13,012 bases of DNA from Candidatus Pacearchaeota archaeon (GTDB lineage Archaea > Nanobdellota > Nanobdellia > Pacearchaeales > GW2011-AR1). This document shows, in pieces, positions 7,013 to 13,012 of the stretch. The first letter of the stretch is position 1, and each line of letters opens with the position of its first letter. Location of the stretch: NCBI GenBank assembly GCA_050302495.1, contig JBNLBP010000001.1, positions 255,269 through 268,280 on the forward strand, in the 5' to 3' direction. The notes beneath the pieces were generated by a model, which ran no database searches, was not told the origin of the DNA, and saw only the letters and a program-made list of their open reading frames with translations. A program made the translations under genes and the position numbers.

Positions 7013-8412
7013 ACATATCTCTTCATTTCCATTATTTGGTGTACTTCTTCTGAAAGAGTTGGACGTATTTTTTTTATTAGGAATTTTCTAAATGCTTTTG
7101 GATCTTTTTCTTTCTTTTTGTTTTTTACTTCTTTTATTCTGTCTATAAATAGTGCAACCACCATTATGCTGGATATAGCACTTATTAGGAATATTATCTT
7201 TATTGGAGATACTATTGTTGGATCTATGAATGTTATAAGGAATGCCCCAACTATTCCTCCAAGGAAGATTCCAATTCCCATCATCATATTGAAATATGAT
7301 ACTGCAACACCTCTTTTTTCTTGAGATACATTGTCATATATGAAATTTCCTGAGGAAAGGTTAAATCCTGCCCAACCTATTCCCCTTACGAGTCCAGGGA
7401 CGAGTATAAGATATATTAATGAAGTGTCTAGGATCCATAGTATTGGAATTATTGGAATTAATATCATTGTTATTGCAAGGACTTTATAATTTCCGTATTT
7501 GTCTGCAATTTTCCCCCAAATTTCTGTTACTAGTAACGAGAAGAATGTTGCAGATAACAGAATTAATATATAGTTTGAATAACTCATATTTAGTGTCCTT
7601 AAGAGATAAACCGCTAATAGTGAGTTTGCAATTGTAACTGTAAACGAAAAGAATAACCTAAATATTGAGAACTTTCCAAAATTGGTTTTTGGAGCTTTCA
7701 TAATGAATTCAATAAATGAAAAATGCTTTCCTGGCTTTATTTTTAATTTGGGCTCGTATTCTTTTTTAAATATGCTATAACAGATAATTCTTGTGATGAA
7801 TGCTAGGGAAAATAGTGTTATGAAACCGATCATTGCCATTTCATTTTCTTTCATATACTCTAAGAAATAAGATGCGCCTATTGTTAGAACTAGTAGAGTA
7901 AATCCTACTAGAAGGTTTCTTTTTGCAAACCATCTGCCTCTGTATTTATCACTTACAATATCTCCTGTCCAGGAAAACCATCCTGGAACAATTAATCCAA
8001 AAAATATGGTATATACAGAGAAAAATAGTATGAACATTGCAGGGAGTATTTCCTTTAGTACATCCTTTATGAATAAGATGCTTATTATTATGAAAGATAA
8101 CCAGGTTATAGACTCAAGTAGAACTCCTTTTGTTACCACCTTTTTTCTTGTTTTCTTTTCTATAAGTTTAGATCCAAATATTTGGGATAACGGGCCCAAT
8201 AATCCTGTAATCGAACTCATTATTGCAACAAGCGAATTACTTGAATTTATTGCAATGGCAAATGGAGAGAGGTATTGTACACCGAATGAATTATTCGCGG
8301 ATGCAAATATTCCTTCTTTTATACTGAGGTTTCTGGCCTTTTGTTTTATCGTTTTCATTCTTTTCTTTTCGATTAATTCTGCCTCTTTTTTTGTTAGTTT
8401 TTTATTTTTCAT
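7000..8412 (-). CDS. MFS (major facilitator superfamily) transporter
   Basis: 470 aa with ~12 hydrophobic helices in a 6+6 arrangement and a central loop. A motif-A-like sequence GRWFAKRNLL follows TM2. The ~60-aa charged C-terminal tail is cytoplasmic-looking. It overlaps the upstream TrmB-like gene by 11 nt. Confidence 0.8.
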   Translation of the reverse strand: MKNKKLTKKEAELIEKKRMKTIKQKARNLSIKEGIFASANNSFGVQYLSPFAIAINSSNSLVAIMSSITGLLGPLSQIFGSKLIEKKTRKKVVTKGVLLESITWLSFIIISILFIKDVLKEILPAMFILFFSVYTIFFGLIVPGWFSWTGDIVSDKYRGRWFAKRNLLVGFTLLVLTIGASYFLEYMKENEMAMIGFITLFSLAFITRIICYSIFKKEYEPKLKIKPGKHFSFIEFIMKAPKTNFGKFSIFRLFFSFTVTIANSLLAVYLLRTLNMSYSNYILILLSATFFSLLVTEIWGKIADKYGNYKVLAITMILIPIIPILWILDTSLIYLILVPGLVRGIGWAGFNLSSGNFIYDNVSQEKRGVAVSYFNMMMGIGIFLGGIVGAFLITFIDPTIVSPIKIIFLISAISSIMVVALFIDRIKEVKNKKKEKDPKAFRKFLIKKIRPTLSEEVHQIMEMKRYVWKK

Positions 8413-9121
8413 TTTTTGCTACTTTCCACATAAGTTCAAAATATTTTTTATAACCTCCGGATATTTCTTTATTTTTTATCAATATGCCAATAGGATTTTC
8501 TTTAGACCATAAAATTATTGCAATTTTATCTCCGTAAATGTTTATTGCCATTGGAGAAGAATATTTTTCTGGAAGAAATCTTACTTCCGAATGAGGTATT
8601 TTTCTTTTACTTGGTTTTTCATTAAATATGATCTTCATCTTTATTTTTTTCTTTGTTCTTTCCATATTATACCATTTTAAGTAGAAACTCATTATATCAT
8701 GTGCTAGATGAGATCCTCCAAGAATAAGTATTTCCTTTGGATTTTCTTTTAGTTGGTCTTCAAATATTGTTCTTATTCCAGACCTTCCTTTGTAGAAATT
8801 TGTTTCTTGTTTTTCATTTGTGTTTTTATACATCAACATCATTTCTGGAAGTATTTCATTTACAAGATTCTCTTTTTCTTTTATTATATCTAAAAATTTC
8901 TCTGGGGATGATGCTTGGAAATGTCTTCTATTGTTTTTGATTATATATCCTATTAGGCCTTTTTGGATTAGCATTTCTGTTGTGTCGTAAACTGTTCTCC
9001 TGTGTAATCCTGTTTTTCTTGAAATTTGTCCTGCTAAACTTGGGCCAATTTCCAATAGTGCTTTATATATTGAAGATTCATTTTGGGTTAGCCCAAGATC
9101 CTTTAGACTCTTTGATTCCAT
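8402..9121 (-). CDS. TrmB-family transcriptional regulator (N-terminal winged HTH)
   Basis: 239 aa. The N-terminus is LGLTQNESSIYKALLEIGPSLAGQISRKTGLHRRTVYDTTEMLIQKGLI, which matches the TrmB-type wHTH pattern. The C-terminal domain is uncharacterised. It is first in an apparent three-gene unit with the MFS transporter. Confidence 0.7.
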   Translation of the reverse strand: MESKSLKDLGLTQNESSIYKALLEIGPSLAGQISRKTGLHRRTVYDTTEMLIQKGLIGYIIKNNRRHFQASSPEKFLDIIKEKENLVNEILPEMMLMYKNTNEKQETNFYKGRSGIRTIFEDQLKENPKEILILGGSHLAHDIMSFYLKWYNMERTKKKIKMKIIFNEKPSKRKIPHSEVRFLPEKYSSPMAINIYGDKIAIILWSKENPIGILIKNKEISGGYKKYFELMWKVAKNEK

Positions 9122-9240
9122 ATTGTTTGTTGGAAAATCTAGCTTTTAAAATCTTCTAATATGTGGTGAATTGTATCACCTCATAAATTAATTAACAAAT
9201 ATTTTATCTTAGATATAACTAAATTGTGGGAGGACAAAAA

Positions 9241-9717
9241 ATGGAATACGAAAATAAGGTAAGGAAATTGGTAGCACTAAATGATCTTAATGTGCCTCTA
9301 AGCGCTTTACATAAACGTGCATACAGAAAATCAAAGAATCTTGCGTCTAACATAGAGCGTGGTTTTGATAAAAGTAAGGATTTTGGATCTTCAATTGTGG
9401 ACGTTGTTTATGAAAATCAAGGTAAGTCTAGAGAATTGAGATCTGCTATAGATGAATTTAGTTCGAAATACCCTAACCAAGGAAGGCATTTGCAGAGACT
9501 TATTTCTGTTAATAGGGCGTCTAGAGAGATGTATTTGAACTATGGTATTAGATCAGATGATTCAATTAGTGATGAAGAGTATATATCTGTTATGAGAGAT
9601 ATTGGCCTTTCAGATACTCACGCTAGGGAACTCTATCCAACACTAGTAGACATATCTGATACCATGAAGGAAAAGAGTGGTTTGAGAAGTATTTTGATAG
9701 GCCATAGTGCCTATTAA
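9241..9717 (+). CDS. Hypothetical protein (158 aa), compositionally atypical, with a strong Shine-Dalgarno
   Basis: I chose the ATG at 9241 over the TTG start at 9226 given in the ORF track. GGGAGGA at 9229-9235 lies 6-7 nt upstream. Codons are noticeably GC-richer (cgt, gcg, agc) than in neighbouring genes. The protein (MEYENKVRKLVALNDLNVPLSALHKRAYRK...) has no motif I recognise. Confidence 0.55.
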   Translation: MEYENKVRKLVALNDLNVPLSALHKRAYRKSKNLASNIERGFDKSKDFGSSIVDVVYENQGKSRELRSAIDEFSSKYPNQGRHLQRLISVNRASREMYLNYGIRSDDSISDEEYISVMRDIGLSDTHARELYPTLVDISDTMKEKSGLRSILIGHSAY

Positions 9718-9762
9718 AATCCTTTTAGTTAGTTTTTTATACTTTTGTCTTTTGATTTTTTT

Positions 9763-11607
9763 ATGACAAATAGATTTTACGTTACAACCCCTATATACTA
9801 TCCAAATGACATCCCCCATATAGGCCATGCATATACAACTATAGCGGCAGATGTCCTTGCGAGATGGAATAGGTTATTGGGAAAAGATGTTTTCTTTTTA
9901 ACTGGAACTGATGATCATGGTAAGAAAATTGAGAGTATTGCTAAAGAAAAAGGTCAAAAACCTAAAGAGTTTATTGATAAGTTAATTCCTAAATTTAAGG
10001 ATGCTTGGAAGAAATTAAATATTGATTATGATTATTTTATAAGAACTACTGATAAAGCGCATGAAAAAGTGGTTCAAGAAGTTCTCCAGAAAGTTTATGA
10101 CAAAGGAGATATTTACTTGGGAGATTATGAAGGGTTTTATTGTACTGGATGTGAGGCGTATTATACAGAAAAAGATCTTGAAGATGGAAGTTGTCCGATA
10201 CATAAAAAACCCGTTGAGGTTTTGAAAGAGGAAACTTATTTCTTTAAATTGAGTAAGTATCAGAAGAAGCTTTTAGATTTGTATAAGAAGAATCCAGAAT
10301 TTATTTCTCCTAAAAACCGTTCAAAGGAGATAATAAATAGAGTTGAAGAAGGATTGAAAGATTTGAGTATTTCTAGGACTAGTTTTGACTGGGGTATAAA
10401 ATTGCCTTTTGATAAGAAACACATAGCATATGTTTGGTTTGATGCTCTTTTGAATTATTATTCTGCTACTAGATTGAAAGGAAAAGAAAAATTCTGGCCG
10501 GCAGATGTTCATTTGATTGGTAAAGATATTATTTGGTTCCACACTGTTTATTGGCCTGCTATGTTGCTTAGTGCAGGAATTGAATTGCCTAAGAAAGTTT
10601 TTGCACATGGATGGTGGACTTTTGATAACGAAAAGATTTCAAAGTCTCGGGGAAAGGTAATAAATGTAGACGAACTTATAGGTATTGCAGGTGTTGATTC
10701 TGCAAGATACTTCTTGCTTAGAAATACTGCTTTTGGAGATGATGGTGATTTCTCAGAACAAGTTTTGATTGATAGACATAATAATGAATTGGCAAATAAA
10801 TTAGGCAATTTAGTTTCTAGAGTTTCTGGTTTAATTGAAAAGAATGGATTTGAAAAAACTTCAAATAAACTTTCTGACAAATTAAAATTAAAAGAAATTG
10901 AAAAATTGTTTGTTGGATGTGAATTTGATAAAGTTCTTAATGAGATTTTTGCCTTTGTAGATATTTGTAATGAGTATACTCAAAATAAAAAACCTTGGGA
11001 AACTAAAGATGGAAAGGTTTTGTATGAATTGGCGGATTCAATAAAAGCAATTGCAATATTACTTTGGCCTTTTATCCCAGAAACTTCAGAGAAGATTGCA
11101 AGGCAATTTGGATTTAAGATTGATTTAAAAGAATTGAACAAACCTTTAAGCGATAAGGTAAAAATAAAGAAAGGAACTGTTTTGTTTAATAAAATTGAAG
11201 TTAAGAAAGAGGAAAAAACTAATAAACCTAAGAATAATTCTAAGAATAGTAAAATTGAAGGTATTATGAATATGAGTGAGGCTAATTTTTCTGATTGGGA
11301 GAAACTTGATTTAAGAGTAGCAGAGATAAAAAAAGTAGAAGAGATTGAAGGGGCTGATAAGCTGTATAAATTGTCTTTAGATGTTGGAGAACTTGGAGAG
11401 AGAACTATTTGTGCTGGAATTAAACAATTTTATTCTAAAAAGGATCTTAAAGGTAAGAAAATAATTTATTTTTCTAATTTGAAACCTAGAAAGATGAAAG
11501 GTGTTGAAAGTCAAGGTATGTTGTTAGCCGCATCTACTGGAGACCATAGTGAAGTTATTTTGATTTCTCCAGAGAAAGATATTGATAATGGGGCAAGAAT
11601 AGGTTAA
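9763..11607 (+). CDS. metG: Methionyl-tRNA synthetase (class I) with C-terminal EMAP/Trbp111-like tRNA-binding domain
   Basis: HIGH motif: PNDIPHIGHAYT. KMSKS motif: KISKSRG. Zinc knuckle: YCTGCEAYY...GSCPIHKKP. The C-terminal ~110 aa (DLRVAEIKKVEEIEGADKLYKLSLDVGE...) form an OB-fold tRNA-binding appendix. I chose the ATG at 9763 (MTNRFYVTTPIYY) over the upstream TTG at 9745 in the ORF track. Confidence 0.93.
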   Translation: MTNRFYVTTPIYYPNDIPHIGHAYTTIAADVLARWNRLLGKDVFFLTGTDDHGKKIESIAKEKGQKPKEFIDKLIPKFKDAWKKLNIDYDYFIRTTDKAHEKVVQEVLQKVYDKGDIYLGDYEGFYCTGCEAYYTEKDLEDGSCPIHKKPVEVLKEETYFFKLSKYQKKLLDLYKKNPEFISPKNRSKEIINRVEEGLKDLSISRTSFDWGIKLPFDKKHIAYVWFDALLNYYSATRLKGKEKFWPADVHLIGKDIIWFHTVYWPAMLLSAGIELPKKVFAHGWWTFDNEKISKSRGKVINVDELIGIAGVDSARYFLLRNTAFGDDGDFSEQVLIDRHNNELANKLGNLVSRVSGLIEKNGFEKTSNKLSDKLKLKEIEKLFVGCEFDKVLNEIFAFVDICNEYTQNKKPWETKDGKVLYELADSIKAIAILLWPFIPETSEKIARQFGFKIDLKELNKPLSDKVKIKKGTVLFNKIEVKKEEKTNKPKNNSKNSKIEGIMNMSEANFSDWEKLDLRVAEIKKVEEIEGADKLYKLSLDVGELGERTICAGIKQFYSKKDLKGKKIIYFSNLKPRKMKGVESQGMLLAASTGDHSEVILISPEKDIDNGARIG

Positions 11608-11612
11608 TTTTG

Positions 11613-11650
11613 TTAGGTGCTGTTTTGTAGAAATAGCATTAAGTGCTGTT
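11613..11650 (+). repeat. Tandem 12-nt direct repeat TTARGTGCTGTT x2 immediately downstream of the metG stop
   Basis: TTAGGTGCTGTT at 11613-11624 and TTAAGTGCTGTT at 11639-11650 (11/12 identical, 26-nt spacing). These overlap GTTAGGT (11612-11618) and GTTAAGT (11648-11654), which match the GTTRRRY consensus. Confidence 0.5.
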
Positions 11651-11730
11651 AAGTCGCCCCGAGCCGATAGGCGAGAGCGCAGCGTGGTCGAGGCGAAGCC
11701 GAAGAAGTTTTGGGACGGAGGCAATACATC
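11651..11730 (+). repeat. GC-rich repeat copy A (diverged family with copies B and C)
   Basis: GTCGCCCCGAGCCGATAGGCGAGAGCGCAGCGTGGTCGAGGCGAAGCCGAAGAAGTTTTGGGACGG...TACATCAGCAG is about 65% GC in a ~30% GC genome. It contains a TCGCC/GGCGA hairpin and a GGC-GAA-GCC mini-hairpin followed by TTTT. It shares GGCGAAGCCGAA, TTTTGGG-CG and TACATCA with copy B. It shares CCGAGCC-RAWAGGCGAG with copy C. Confidence 0.6.
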
Positions 11731-11739
11731 AGCAGTATA

Positions 11740-11749
11740 TTTATAAATA
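11740..11749 (+). promoter_or_regulatory. TATA-box-like element for the downstream hypothetical gene
   Basis: TTTATAAATA lies ~24-33 nt upstream of the ATG at 11773. A GAAGGG purine tract lies 5-10 nt upstream of the ATG. Confidence 0.4.
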
Positions 11750-11772
11750 ATTTTTAATTCTTGAAGGGTAAT

Positions 11773-12273
11773 ATGTTAAGTGAATTAGAGCAAGAAGTTG
11801 TGGATAGTCATAAGGAAGGGTATTTTGGGGCATATATACAAGGGTCATGGTTTGAATATTCTGAATTACAGGAACAAATAGTTAGTGGAGAGTATCCAGA
11901 ATCATCAAGATTACAAGAAGCAAATAAAAAAATGAGTGGATGGAAAAAGGGGTTTGATATTACTTATTTACATTCATTGCCTCGTGCTGAAATTAATCCA
12001 TTACAAGTAGAACAAGAGGCATGGAAATTATTATCTCCAAATATCAAACAATATCTTAATGAATTCGGAACATATCTTGAAGGATATTCTCCCCAAAATG
12101 CGGATAGAGAACAACTTCTTGTTCATGTGAATTGGGGATGGAATTTACTGCAACAGTGGAATACCATTTCTAATTCATACAAAGCAAAGTATGACAAAAA
12201 TTGGTCATCAATTCCAGAAAGAGAGGAAGCCACAAGACAACTTATTCAAGAATTATCCTCTAAAAAACCGTAG
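11773..12273 (+). CDS. Hypothetical protein (166 aa), W/Q-rich, compositionally atypical
   Basis: I chose the ATG at 11773 (MLSELEQEVV...) over the TTG at 11761. The codon usage is GC-richer than the housekeeping genes, and the protein has a high Trp/Gln content (WFEYSELQEQ, NWGWNLLQQWN). There is no motif I recognise. It is flanked by repeat copies A and B. Confidence 0.5.
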   Translation: MLSELEQEVVDSHKEGYFGAYIQGSWFEYSELQEQIVSGEYPESSRLQEANKKMSGWKKGFDITYLHSLPRAEINPLQVEQEAWKLLSPNIKQYLNEFGTYLEGYSPQNADREQLLVHVNWGWNLLQQWNTISNSYKAKYDKNWSSIPEREEATRQLIQELSSKKP

Positions 12274-12292
12274 TCTCAAAATTGCACATAAT

Positions 12293-12400
12293 TCCTGTTA
12301 TATCCGTCGGAGTGAAACGGAGACCGAAGGTTAGTGCAACGTTCGGCGAAGCCGAAACCCGAAGAGTAATTTTTTTGGGCGTTACATCAAGAACGAAGTT
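12293..12400 (+). repeat. GC-rich repeat copy B, between the convergent genes
   Basis: CTGTTATATCCGTCGGAGTGAAACGGAGACCGAAGGTTAGTGCAACGTTCGGCGAAGCCGAAACCCGAAGAGTAATTTTTTTGGGCGTTACATCAAG contains a perfect TTCGGC-GAA-GCCGAA hairpin (12342-12356) followed by T7 (12371-12377). It is in the same orientation as copies A and C. Confidence 0.6.
12342..12377 (+). terminator. Hairpin + oligo-T; possible bidirectional terminator within repeat B
   Basis: A 6-bp GC stem with a GAA loop is followed 14 nt later by TTTTTTT. It lies between two convergent genes. Archaeal termination uses oligo-T tracts. Confidence 0.3.
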
Positions 12401-12436
12401 CCATTAAATAAAAGAATAAAGGGCAAGAAGAAACAT

Positions 12437-12856
12437 TTATTGTTGAGCTGGTAAATCATACTCAAATACTGGTCGTCCACTTTCTCGGAATTCAGCAGTT
12501 TCTCTCATTGATTGTTTTCCACCGCCAACTCTTACAAGAACATCAAGTGATTTTAAGAATGTTGGACTTTCGTCTCCCCATTCATTTCCAACAATCTGTT
12601 CTTCATCAACAGGAAAACAATCATGATCTTTAGCTTTAGAACAAGCGACACCAACGGTTCGCCAATCTCTAGAAACTGCTTCTCTATATGCTAATGCTGG
12701 AATTCCGAGGTCTGTTAGACCAGAAACAACTGCTTTTGATTTTCCAGCGTATTGACTATCAATAGTATCATATGCGTCCCTCAGCATTCTTACAGCTTCA
12801 GGTTCATCAAATTTCTGAGCTGAGTAACCTACAACTCCGATTTTTATTTCGTCCAT
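12437..12856 (-). CDS. SLOG-superfamily (DprA/LOG-like) Rossmann-fold protein, ~140 aa
   Basis: The preferred start is ATG at 12854-12856 (MDEIKIGVVGYS...). A TTTATATA box at 12881-12888 would then lie ~25-32 nt upstream. The ORF-track N-extension to 12904 would put this TATA box inside the CDS. Three motifs support the assignment: a beta1 Gly-rich segment IGVVGYS; VVSGLTDLGIPALAYREAV, which resembles the DprA SGxAxGIDxxAHxxAL motif; and RVGGGKQSMRETAEF, which resembles the LOG PGGxGTxEE motif. The gene is GC-richer than the genome. Confidence 0.5.
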   Translation of the reverse strand: MDEIKIGVVGYSAQKFDEPEAVRMLRDAYDTIDSQYAGKSKAVVSGLTDLGIPALAYREAVSRDWRTVGVACSKAKDHDCFPVDEEQIVGNEWGDESPTFLKSLDVLVRVGGGKQSMRETAEFRESGRPVFEYDLPAQQ

Positions 12857-12880
12857 GATACTATTGTAACTATTGAGTAG

Positions 12881-12888
12881 TATATAAA
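12881..12888 (-). promoter_or_regulatory. TATA box for the SLOG-like gene (leaderless-type spacing)
   Basis: Plus-strand tatataaa corresponds to TTTATATA on the minus strand, 25-32 nt upstream of the ATG at 12856. Confidence 0.45.
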
Positions 12889-12924
12889 TGTTTCTGTTGC
12901 CCAATCACTATTTAGCCCAAAAAA

Positions 12925-13012
12925 ATTATTGGATATAACCGTTGTTCGAAGACCGAGCCAAAAGGCGAGGCACGAGCTGAAGTCCACAGACTTCCTCGTG
13001 AGTTGAAATTTG
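12925..13012 (+). repeat. GC-rich repeat copy C (truncated by the window end)
   Basis: GGATATAACCGTTGTTCGAAGACCGAGCCAAAAGGCGAGGCACGAGCTGAAGTCCACAGACTTCCTCGTGAG. CCGAGCCAAAAGGCGAG aligns with copy A's CCGAGCCGATAGGCGAG, and ATATAACCGT aligns with copy B's TTATATCCGT. It contains a 12-bp imperfect hairpin with a 2-nt bulge and a CACA loop: CACGAG-CT-GAAGTC(12971-12984) [CACA] GACTTCCTCGTG(12989-13000). Confidence 0.55.

Noticed and set aside
6198-7324. Plus-strand ORFs 6198-6482, 6346-6771 and 6896-7324
   Set aside because: The first overlaps the tRNA-Ile gene. The others are antisense to the Zn-ribbon/ACD and MFS genes. All are L/F-rich shadow ORFs.
7419-8940. Plus-strand ORFs 7419-7637, 8006-8512 and 8737-8940
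   Set aside because: They are antisense shadows of the MFS and TrmB-like genes.
9745-9762. TTG start for metG at 9745 (and TTG at 11761 and 9226 for the two hypothetical plus-strand genes)
   Set aside because: In-frame ATGs lie a few codons downstream. The ATG at 9763 gives the canonical MetRS N-terminus directly preceding the HIGH region. The ATG at 9241 has an ideally spaced Shine-Dalgarno. The ATG at 11773 has a purine-rich tract 5-10 nt upstream.
9643-10880. Minus-strand ORFs 9643-9828, 10015-10203, 10321-10608 and 10548-10880
   Set aside because: They are antisense inside metG, or in the case of 9643-9828 inside the 9241-9717 gene and the metG start. The coding signal clearly belongs to the plus-strand genes.
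11692-11700. GCGAAGC-type mini-hairpin in repeats A and B as a functional element in itself
   Set aside because: This is a known extraordinarily stable DNA mini-hairpin sequence, but here it is more simply part of the larger repeat or terminator-like structure. There is no independent evidence for a special role.
11524-11724. Minus-strand 66-aa ORF spanning the metG 3' end and repeat copy A
   Set aside because: It overlaps the metG C-terminus and the GC-rich repeat. The open frame results from GC-rich repeat composition, and it has no start context.
12857-12904. N-terminal extension of the SLOG-like gene to the Met at 12904 (ORF-track start)
   Set aside because: A good TTTATATA box lies at 12881-12888, inside that extension. 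The ATG at 12856 has that box at the canonical ~-27 distance for a leaderless transcript and starts directly at the conserved beta1 strand (KIGVVGYS).
11651-13012. CRISPR array interpretation of the three GC-rich repeats
   Set aside because: The repeat units are ~70-90 nt and only ~60-70% similar. The spacing is ~550-650 bp and contains full genes. This does not fit the 25-40 nt near-identical repeats with 30-40 nt spacers of a CRISPR array.
11651-13012. DGR template/variable repeat pair
   Set aside because: The differences between copies are not adenine-specific, and none of the copies lies inside a coding region as a VR would.

Overview
This is an AT-rich, compact, archaeal-looking chromosomal segment (roughly 30% GC). 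Archaeal TBP, an ATP-dependent DNA ligase, ribosomal protein L15e, a Fe/Mn superoxide dismutase, a class I MetRS and TATA-type promoters with mostly leaderless starts point to a small-genome archaeon, but I cannot name a lineage.

Positions 1-9200 are a minus-strand housekeeping block, listed here from high to low coordinates:
- a TrmB-family regulator, an MFS transporter and a zinc-ribbon/Hsp20-like protein with overlapping boundaries (likely one operon)
- tRNA-Ile(GAU)
- a small membrane protein
- L15e
- a ferritin-like protein, a Zn-ribbon protein and a 32-aa micro-ORF with stop/start overlaps
- Fe/Mn SOD
- a membrane protein
- the DNA ligase
- a minimal SET-domain methyltransferase
- TBP
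- a small Cys-containing membrane-anchored protein
- the 5' part of a KH-domain protein

The plus strand carries an unknown 158-aa protein (higher GC, strong Shine-Dalgarno) and MetRS.

The most unusual part is the last 1.4 kb after metG. Two compositionally atypical small genes are separated and flanked by three diverged, same-orientation copies of a GC-rich, hairpin-bearing repeat of about 70-90 nt. One gene encodes an unknown W/Q-rich protein. The other, on the opposite strand, encodes a SLOG/DprA-like Rossmann protein. A 12-nt tandem direct repeat sits directly after metG. This looks like an accessory or cassette-like insertion. It could be an integron-like attC cluster, a MITE-like repeat family, or paralogous terminator/sRNA elements. 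I cannot tell which from sequence alone.

A second GC-enriched (about 44%), multi-stem 126-nt element lies between the ligase gene and the upstream membrane-protein gene. It is a candidate structured ncRNA.

All calls rest on motif recognition by eye. No database searches were run.
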